This document shows positions 57,327-64,000 of a stretch of DNA of 64,000 nucleotides, piece by piece; the stretch's first letter is position 1; every line of letters begins with the position of its first letter. The notes under the pieces were generated by a model. It saw nothing but the letters and a program-made list of their open reading frames with translations. It ran no database searches and was not told the origin of the DNA. Location: NCBI GenBank assembly GCA_965219345.1, contig OZ244732.1, positions 672,001-736,000 on the forward strand, in the 5' to 3' direction. The DNA is from Nitrosopumilus sp. (GTDB lineage Archaea; Thermoproteota; Nitrososphaeria; Nitrososphaerales; Nitrosopumilaceae). The position numbers and the translations under genes were made by a program.

Positions 57327-57800
57327 ATGGATCATACTCTCAAGCTACGGCATTCACTTGATGCGTTATTTGGAAATGGTGTATCAAAATATTTGCCCAA
57401 AGATATTGAAATGGTCTTTTCACGAAAGACCGGAAGAATTAGAACTGTTTCGCATAAAGGAAAATTACTCTGCACTTTGAGAATTGATGGTGGTTTAGCA
57501 ATTAGTCCTTATTTTGCTCAAATTTTATTGAAAAGTAAAACGTTTCGCGAAAACTGTGTTGAGATAAATAAAGACGCTGCTCCATTTGTCAAGGAAGGAA
57601 GATCTGTATTTTGTAAACATGTAGTATGGTGTGGAAAAAAAGTACGTATTTCTGCTGATACTCCAGTATTATTCAAAAATAAAGTAATTGCAGTTGGCAA
57701 GGCTGTTCTTTCATGTGAGATGATTTTAGATTTTGATAGGGGTGTAGCAATAAAGGTCAGAGATAGTTTAAAAAGTCGTAAAGAGGAAATAGAATTATGA
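57327..57800 (+). CDS. PUA-domain protein (archaeosine TGT C-terminal-like)
   Basis: SRKTGRIR, LRIDGG, GRSVFCKHV, GVAIKVR. Confidence 0.85.
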   Translation: MDHTLKLRHSLDALFGNGVSKYLPKDIEMVFSRKTGRIRTVSHKGKLLCTLRIDGGLAISPYFAQILLKSKTFRENCVEINKDAAPFVKEGRSVFCKHVVWCGKKVRISADTPVLFKNKVIAVGKAVLSCEMILDFDRGVAIKVRDSLKSRKEEIEL

Positions 57801-58138
57801 TGCGAGGAGGAAATCGCGAAATGCGAAGAATGATGGACAAGATGGGTCTTGATATGAGTGAGCTTCCAAATGTTCAAGAAGTAATAATTAAGACAGACAA
57901 AAAAGAGATTATTGTCACTAAACCCTCCGTTACTGAAATGAAAGCAAAAGATAGCTCTATTTTTACAGTAACTGCAGACAGTTATGAAGAAAGAGAATTA
58001 GAGGCTCCAATTTTTTCAGAAGAAGATATCCAGTTAGTCAGCCAACAAGCTGGAGTTGATGAAGAAAAAGCTAAAAACGCTTTAGAGGAAGCTAAAGGCA
58101 ATCTTGCAAGAGCAATACTACTTCTAACTACCGGATAA
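57797..58138 (+). CDS. nac: Nascent polypeptide-associated complex protein
   Basis: MRRMMDKMG, EVII, EEDIQLVSQQAGV...GNLARAI (UBA). Confidence 0.93.
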   Translation: MMRGGNREMRRMMDKMGLDMSELPNVQEVIIKTDKKEIIVTKPSVTEMKAKDSSIFTVTADSYEERELEAPIFSEEDIQLVSQQAGVDEEKAKNALEEAKGNLARAILLLTTG

Positions 58139-58222
58139 TATCTCGATTTTTGTCGTTTTTGTGCCTAAAAACCTGTTAAAAATGAATGATTTAAGTAATG
58201 GAATTGTTGAATTTTTGGTGTA

Positions 58223-58558
58223 ATGAGCAGCATTGCTGAATCTAAAGTTACTGGAATAATCAAATCTTTGAATGCCTTAGAAAATGATCTAGATTCACTA
58301 AACAATAAAGTATCTGATATGAAAAAACAACTTGCTGTGAAGGCACAGAACGAAATTGATTCCTTGTTAGAAAAAACTCGAGAAATGGCTACAAAAGAAG
58401 CTGAAGTTATCATTAATGCGTCAAAAGAAAAGGCAACGACAGAATCTGTAAAAATTACTAAAGAGGGTGAGACTAAATTATCTGAAATCCAATCAAATGT
58501 TGATGCTAATTTTGACAAAGCAGTGAAACATGTCGTGTCAACTGTTTTGAAGGCATAA
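58223..58558 (+). CDS. Probable A-type ATP synthase peripheral-stalk subunit H(G)
   Basis: 111-aa coiled coil with A-x3-A periodicity, ending NFDKAVKHVVSTVL. Confidence 0.65.
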   Translation: MSSIAESKVTGIIKSLNALENDLDSLNNKVSDMKKQLAVKAQNEIDSLLEKTREMATKEAEVIINASKEKATTESVKITKEGETKLSEIQSNVDANFDKAVKHVVSTVLKA

Positions 58559-58600
58559 ACCTAAATCGTATATTTCATTTTACCAAATATCGATCCCTTA

Positions 58601-59242
58601 CTGAATGCTCGTATTGGAATTGCAACTACTTACGGTAAACCATATTATAGATTCTCAACATATCTTAAAACCCTCAAATTATCTTTTGATTCTATACTTC
58701 CTGAAGAAATTCTAGATTATTCTGGACATCTAATTCTTACTACCCTTAAAGAGTCTCCAAAAAACTATGAAAAACCATTACTTCATGAAGATATCTTTGA
58801 ACATCATCCTACTGTAACTAGAGGTATGATGATGCAAAGACTCAATCCAGATTTTGAAGAAGAAGATCTAGTATTAGGGGTTGATCCAGGACAAAGAACT
58901 GGTTTGTCGGTATTTTACTATGAAAAAGAAATTGGGAGCTCATTTCATTCTTCAGTTGAAGAATTAGTTTTTCATATTATTCAAATTTTAGGCGGTCTTA
59001 GAGCAAAAAGAAAAATTGTAAAAATTGGAAATGGAAATATGACTATTGCAAAACAAATTGTGACCATGCTTAATCTAAAATTTTGTTCATCTTTTGAATT
59101 GGAATTTGTTGATGAACGGAAAACTAGTCTTAAAATTAAAAATTTCAATCAAAGAGGAAAACGTGACATGCTTTCTGCAAAGTATATCTCACAACGAGAT
59201 GGATTTAGACATTCTATTCTACCTCTATCTATGACAGGTTAA
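58601..59242 (+). CDS. RNase H-fold (YqgF/RuvC-like) protein, probably starting about 75 codons before the first ATG
   Basis: VLGVDPGQRTG, IGNG, VDERKTS, DMLSA; frame open and protein-like from 58565/58601. Confidence 0.7.
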   Translation: MNARIGIATTYGKPYYRFSTYLKTLKLSFDSILPEEILDYSGHLILTTLKESPKNYEKPLLHEDIFEHHPTVTRGMMMQRLNPDFEEEDLVLGVDPGQRTGLSVFYYEKEIGSSFHSSVEELVFHIIQILGGLRAKRKIVKIGNGNMTIAKQIVTMLNLKFCSSFELEFVDERKTSLKIKNFNQRGKRDMLSAKYISQRDGFRHSILPLSMTG

Positions 59243-59589
59243 ACCAGAAATTTCATTGTAAAAATTTTTACAAATACCTGAATTAACTATTTTTTTCTTT
59301 TTGCTGTGCCTAGATAATGATGAAAGTATGAATATATCATAGATTTTCTGCGTTTTTTTTAAAAAAAATGAAATTTTTATTCAAACAACTATATAACTGA
59401 GTATCATTTTTTCAAAAAATACAATATTCAGATCAGCTATACATATTTATTGAAGATTATTTGTTTTTTTTGAAACTAATAACTTTGATCGCAAAATAAT
59501 TTAAAATATTTTCATATTTTTCTATTTTTTTATACATATTTCATCAATCTATTCTTATATAGTTGTGAATTCTATAATGAAATACCAAG

Positions 59590-60033
59590 ATGACTTGTAA
59601 AGGAATTTGTGTTAGATACAAGGCTCAAAAGCCTGTAGGAACCGGAAGATATGCCTCCGGACAGCGTCGATGCCAAATTTGTGAAATCTTCATCAAATGG
59701 GAAGGACTTTGGTGTCCATGTTGTGGATATAGATTAAGAACAAAACCACGTAATCTAAAATACAAAGCAAAATTACGTGCTAGAGTTGAAGCTGATTCTA
59801 TTGAAGCTAAAGCAGTTGCAAAAATTCAATCAGAAGAGATTGAAGTTGGTGTAGCAGTAAAAGCAAAATCAAAAGCTAAAACAACAAAATCCAAAGCAAC
59901 GAAAAAAGAAAAAACCCCTTGTACATACTGTGAAAAACTGTTTGTCTATGCTGACAAACATGAAAAGAACTGCAAGAAAAATCCAAATATCGTAATTTCC
60001 CAAGAAAGTGAATCAATAGCAATAAAAGCATAA
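59590..60033 (+). CDS. Basic Cys-rich zinc-finger protein
   Basis: CKGIC, RCQIC, CPCCG, Lys-rich linker, CxxC...H...C. Confidence 0.8.
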   Translation: MTCKGICVRYKAQKPVGTGRYASGQRRCQICEIFIKWEGLWCPCCGYRLRTKPRNLKYKAKLRARVEADSIEAKAVAKIQSEEIEVGVAVKAKSKAKTTKSKATKKEKTPCTYCEKLFVYADKHEKNCKKNPNIVISQESESIAIKA

Positions 60034-60050
60034 GATTTGTTCATAGCTTA

Positions 60051-60392
60051 TTGAACCCTCCAAATGGATTTTCCCAAAAAGTGGTAAATTTGGAGAGCCG
60101 TACTTTTTTTTTACAGATTCAAAAATTTGAAAATGGATATTTTGTTTCTGTCACAGAAGGAACTAACAAAATAGGTTCTATGGTTGTTTCTTTAGCAACT
60201 GGACCTACACCAATTACAACAACTATTATCCCATCTAGAACTGAATCTATTTTTCTAAAACTCATTGCTGAACGAATTAGCACCAGGATGAGAGGTATTG
60301 CTTTAGTTTCTACCTTTACTCAAAAAGAATTAGAATCCAATACTGCAAAAGCCTTAATGTCTGAGATAATGGAGATGATAGATAATGACTGA
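60051..60392 (+). CDS. Hypothetical protein (possibly proteasome assembly chaperone PAC4-like fold)
   Basis: beta-rich 113 aa, 'IGSMVVSL...TTTI...IAERIS'; family recalled, not verified. Confidence 0.45.
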   Translation: MNPPNGFSQKVVNLESRTFFLQIQKFENGYFVSVTEGTNKIGSMVVSLATGPTPITTTIIPSRTESIFLKLIAERISTRMRGIALVSTFTQKELESNTAKALMSEIMEMIDND

Positions 60393-61719
60393 TTTAAGAA
60401 ATTATATTTCTCAAATTAAAAAGAGTAAAGATCTTAAAATTGTAAAAACAAAAGTTTCTACAAAATTTGAAATTGCGGGAATCACAGCAAAAGTTGATGG
60501 TTCACATGCAGTTTTATTTGAAAATATCAATAAAAGTAACTTTCGTTTAGTTGCTAATTTAGTGGGAACTAGAAAAAGATTTGCTCTGGCGGTTGGAAGT
60601 ACAGAAGATAATATTCATGAAAAAGTAATTTCAGCAATCAAAAAGGCTAAACAGCCAAAAATTACCTCTTCCGGAAAATTCATGGAAAACAAGTCAAAAA
60701 ATCTCTTTTCCCTGCCTATTGTAACTCATTTTGAAAAGGAATCTGGTCCATTTATCACATCTTCCATTGTTTATGCAAAGAATCCTGAAACTGGAAAACA
60801 AAATTCCTCCTTTCATAGATTAATGCCAATTGATAAAACTCATTTTTCCATTAGAATGGTAGAAGGACGTCATCTCCACAGATGTTTTGTTCATGCAAAA
60901 GAACATGGCAAAGATTTGAAAATTGCAATTACTGTTGGTGTTCATCCCGCAATTTCTATCGCAGGTGCATATCAAGCTGAATGGGGAAAAGATGAAATAA
61001 ATATTGCAAACTCTCTTTTGGCCGGAAAATTAACTTTGACAAAACTTCCTTCTACAGGACTGAATGTACCCTCAGGTGCTGAAATTGTAATGGAAGGAAA
61101 AATTCTTCATGATAAAACTCATCGTGAATGGATGGTTGAAATGCTTCAAACATATGATCATAAAAGACCTCAACCAGTTTTTGAACTTGAAAATTTCTAT
61201 TTTAGAAACAATCCAATTTTTCATGATATCCTATCTGGCTATTCAGAACATAGGTTACTAATGGGAATGCCAATTGAATCCAAATTAAATGGAGAATTAA
61301 AAAAAGCTTATTCTCAAACACGACAAGTCTCAATGACTAATGGTGGGTGTAATTGGTTGCATGCGGTTGTACAAATTAAAAAGAAAAGCCAATCTGATCC
61401 TAAAAAAATAATTAAAAAAACATTTGAGTCTCATCGTTCCCTAAAACAAGTAACTATAGTTGATGAAGACATTGATCCCAATAGTGCAGAATCAGTAGAA
61501 TATGCCATGGCTACAAGATTTCAAGCAGATAAAGATCTGATTATTCTCAAAAACGTTCGTGGTTCTAGTCTTGATCCATCTAGTAATCAACAGAAATTAA
61601 AAACTGCGAAAATGGGCATTGATGCAACCAGATCTCTTTCAAAACGTCCTGATGGATTTAAAATAGCAAAAATTCCAAATATCGATAAAATCAACCTAGA
61701 GAAACTATTAAGAGATTAA
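60385..61719 (+). CDS. UbiD-family (prFMN) decarboxylase
   Basis: AVLFENI, NSSFHR, AEIVMEG, VDEDID, ATRFQ, GSSLDPS, KMGIDAT. Confidence 0.93.
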   Translation: MTDLRNYISQIKKSKDLKIVKTKVSTKFEIAGITAKVDGSHAVLFENINKSNFRLVANLVGTRKRFALAVGSTEDNIHEKVISAIKKAKQPKITSSGKFMENKSKNLFSLPIVTHFEKESGPFITSSIVYAKNPETGKQNSSFHRLMPIDKTHFSIRMVEGRHLHRCFVHAKEHGKDLKIAITVGVHPAISIAGAYQAEWGKDEINIANSLLAGKLTLTKLPSTGLNVPSGAEIVMEGKILHDKTHREWMVEMLQTYDHKRPQPVFELENFYFRNNPIFHDILSGYSEHRLLMGMPIESKLNGELKKAYSQTRQVSMTNGGCNWLHAVVQIKKKSQSDPKKIIKKTFESHRSLKQVTIVDEDIDPNSAESVEYAMATRFQADKDLIILKNVRGSSLDPSSNQQKLKTAKMGIDATRSLSKRPDGFKIAKIPNIDKINLEKLLRD

Positions 61720-61721
61720 AA

Positions 61722-62210
61722 ATGTCATCAGAAAATTCCAATATTTGCGAAAAAAGTCCTTCTGAATCACACGCCGAAGTAATTGTTAGGATGTTTCCCA
61801 CAGATGCAAATCCAGCGGGAAACGTGTTTGGTGGTGAAATTTTAAAACATATTGATATGGTTGCAGGGATTGTAGCTCAACGACATTCTCAGTCAAATGC
61901 AGTCACCGTATCTATGGATAGTGTTAATTTTCTAAAACCTATTTTTGTCGGGAATGTTCTAAAACTAAATGCCAGAATAAATTATGTACATAACTCATCA
62001 ATGGAAATTGAAGTAAAAGCTGAAGCTGAAGATATTGTAACAGGAATAAGAACCACTACTGGAAATGCTTTTGTTACATTTGTAGCTCTCGATAAAAATA
62101 GAAAACCAATACATGTTCCTAGACTAGCTCTTAAGACAGATGAAGATAGAACCAAGTTTGAAGAAGGTAAAGTTAGAATGGAAAAACGATTGAAAAATCG
62201 TCAAAAATAG
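61722..62210 (+). CDS. Hotdog-fold acyl-CoA thioesterase
   Basis: PTDANPAGNVFGG, D...A, FLKPI, TFVALD. Confidence 0.93.
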   Translation: MSSENSNICEKSPSESHAEVIVRMFPTDANPAGNVFGGEILKHIDMVAGIVAQRHSQSNAVTVSMDSVNFLKPIFVGNVLKLNARINYVHNSSMEIEVKAEAEDIVTGIRTTTGNAFVTFVALDKNRKPIHVPRLALKTDEDRTKFEEGKVRMEKRLKNRQK

Positions 62211-62263
62211 CCTCTCTAATTGTCATGGATCCATTTAAGAATAACAAAAATCATCTTTAGTTA

Positions 62264-62677
62264 ATGTCTGAACAAGAAAAAAATAACGAATGGGATTCAC
62301 TATGGCAAGAATATACAAAGTCTCTTGAAGGCTGGAAATCACTTTTTGAGCAAATTCAAAATGCAAGTAATGACATGCAATCTAAATTCAATCAAGTATG
62401 GGAAAAAGCATCTGCTGAATCCAGTGCCGAAACTATGAAATCATTTGGAGAAAATTGGCAAAAAGCAATGATTGATGCAGGAATGAAGTCTTTCAAAGAA
62501 TTTGGAGAAAATTGGCAAAAAGCTCTTAATGATTCTAATGCCGATGTTTTCAAACAATTTGCTGAAAATTGGCAGAAGACTCTAAGTTCATCTGGATTAG
62601 AACAAATGCAAGCTTTTGGTGAAATGATGAAAAAATTTGCTGATACTTGGAATTCTATGTGGCCCAGACCACAATAA
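62264..62677 (+). CDS. Amphipathic helical repeat protein (19-aa FxENWQK repeats)
   Basis: FGENWQKA twice plus FAENWQKT; 24-bp identical copies at 62443-62466 and 62500-62523. Confidence 0.8.
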   Translation: MSEQEKNNEWDSLWQEYTKSLEGWKSLFEQIQNASNDMQSKFNQVWEKASAESSAETMKSFGENWQKAMIDAGMKSFKEFGENWQKALNDSNADVFKQFAENWQKTLSSSGLEQMQAFGEMMKKFADTWNSMWPRPQ

Positions 62678-62716
62678 TTTCCGAACGAATAAAAACTTGA
62701 TTTATTCATTCTTTTT

Positions 62717-63385
62717 TTGATGACAATTACTCAAAGTGAATGCTTTGTTGAATTATCTAGTTTTCATGATTTGGCAAGATATGCTTGTGCATTTAGAGAA
62801 TATCCAAGAAGAGTATATTCTCAAGAATTTGATGGTTCAAGAATTATTTCAACTAGTTTAACTCTTGCAAATACTTTGTTGATTTTTTATGTCAAAATGC
62901 CAAAATCTGGTAGGTATATCTCATACCGAGTTAATGCAGGAAAAGAGACTTGTGAAATTGTAGAATCTACAAAAGATATTTCAAATTATGCACCAATTGT
63001 ACATATGGAATCAAAAATTTCCTCCTTAGCTGTAAAAACCGAAAAAATCTCTGATCAATTTCATCCAATTCAAGTTAAAGATTTGGGAAGTTTAGCACGA
63101 TTAACATATGATCCTGAGTTTCCAGATGAACAAGATCTTTCCCTATATGCGTTACCTCACAAAAATTCTTGGGTATTAGGATACATTACACCATTAGAAA
63201 TGGATGAAGTGATCTATAATTTCAATTATGTTGAACTAGATTCTGAACCTACCAGACATTTTATCAAATATCAGGGAAATCAAGGACGAGATCCAGAATT
63301 TTCAGATAATTTTGATCATGGATATTCATATTTACCAGTCATCAAAATTAAAAATAAACATTCAATCTTTGGATTTTCAGATTAA
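62717..63385 (+). CDS. Hypothetical protein with internal duplication
   Basis: VELSSFHDLAR / VKDLGSLAR and YAPIVHM / YLPVIKI paired halves. Confidence 0.75.
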   Translation: MMTITQSECFVELSSFHDLARYACAFREYPRRVYSQEFDGSRIISTSLTLANTLLIFYVKMPKSGRYISYRVNAGKETCEIVESTKDISNYAPIVHMESKISSLAVKTEKISDQFHPIQVKDLGSLARLTYDPEFPDEQDLSLYALPHKNSWVLGYITPLEMDEVIYNFNYVELDSEPTRHFIKYQGNQGRDPEFSDNFDHGYSYLPVIKIKNKHSIFGFSD

Positions 63386-63400
63386 ATTTTAAACCTATTT

Positions 63401-64000
63401 CTACACTGTTAATTCTTTAATTTTCTTTCTTGATTCTTCAACTAATCGTTTTATAACGGGAATGTAAATTTCTGCCGCATAAACAATTTCAATGTCTTTG
63501 CATTCTTCAATTTCTAGAAATGCAGAAGCTCTTACCTGATTTTCTCCAACTTTAGGCTCGTCATTTTTACTTCTTTTACGATTTATGATTTCTAAAAAAA
63601 TTGGTACTTGTCTTTTTATTTCAATTTCTAATTCTTCTTTTGAACGTAATTTTTCATGACTCAAATTAACTTTGATCTGTTGATTAATGTCATCTTTGCA
63701 TCTATCTGACGCTCTAATCATGATTTTAATTTTAGGCAGTTTTTCAAATTTGTTCTTAAATTGACAGATTTTTTTAATGAAATTCGGATATGGACTTTCA
63801 TGTTCCTGATTGTATCTGATTGAATACCATTCTGAAAATTTCATCGCATTCTGTTCACTTTTCATTTTTGCTTTTTTATCAAATTTTTTTTGTGAAATCT
63901 TTTCTGAAATAAATAATCCAAAATCTCTGCTTCCTTCCTCAAAAATTCCATTAAATATATCATTTACAGAATTTATGTATTCATTAAAAAAATAATTTAC
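63401..64000 (-). CDS. Hypothetical protein, 5'-truncated by the window edge
   Basis: The frame of the 63865 ORF stays open to 64000 (VNYFFNEYINSVND...KKAKMKSE). Confidence 0.65.
   Translation of the reverse strand, partial: VNYFFNEYINSVNDIFNGIFEEGSRDFGLFISEKISQKKFDKKAKMKSEQNAMKFSEWYSIRYNQEHESPYPNFIKKICQFKNKFEKLPKIKIMIRASDRCKDDINQQIKVNLSHEKLRSKEELEIEIKRQVPIFLEIINRKRSKNDEPKVGENQVRASAFLEIEECKDIEIVYAAEIYIPVIKRLVEESRKKIKELTV

Noticed and set aside
63810-63995. 61-aa plus-strand ORF at the window end
   Set aside because: Antisense shadow of the minus-strand gene that runs off the window

Overview
This is an AT-rich archaeal chromosomal window. Gene content (A-type ATP synthase, Amt, PEFG-CTERM and CFI-box-CTERM surface proteins, cupredoxins, TFE, Trm56, GTP cyclohydrolase III, class II RNR) points to an ammonia-oxidising archaeon of the Nitrosopumilaceae. 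In order it holds: an HD-hydrolase and pyrH; a split A1Ao ATP synthase locus interrupted by amt and a rhodanese; pyrBI; a ~12 kb metal/copper cell-surface cluster (NikR-like regulator, ZnuABC-type ABC, CopC-CopD-propeller fusion, two cupredoxins); a small decaying foreign-looking islet (PIN-like, PD-(D/E)xK exonuclease, orphan Vsr); thiolase/DUF35; an RNR locus; tRNA-Gly with translation genes; a riboflavin operon; and housekeeping genes. The best leads are: (1) a wHTH + ATP-cone + catalytically stripped class III RNR fusion directly upstream of nrdJ, a candidate nucleotide-sensing regulator built from a dead enzyme; (2) a ~515-bp direct repeat (anchor + promoter + signal peptide) that brackets a swappable cupredoxin cassette; (3) unannotated micro-ORFs coupled to ATP synthase genes; and (4) several secreted proteins with a predicted mature N-terminal His. 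All calls come from reading motifs by eye; no database search was run.
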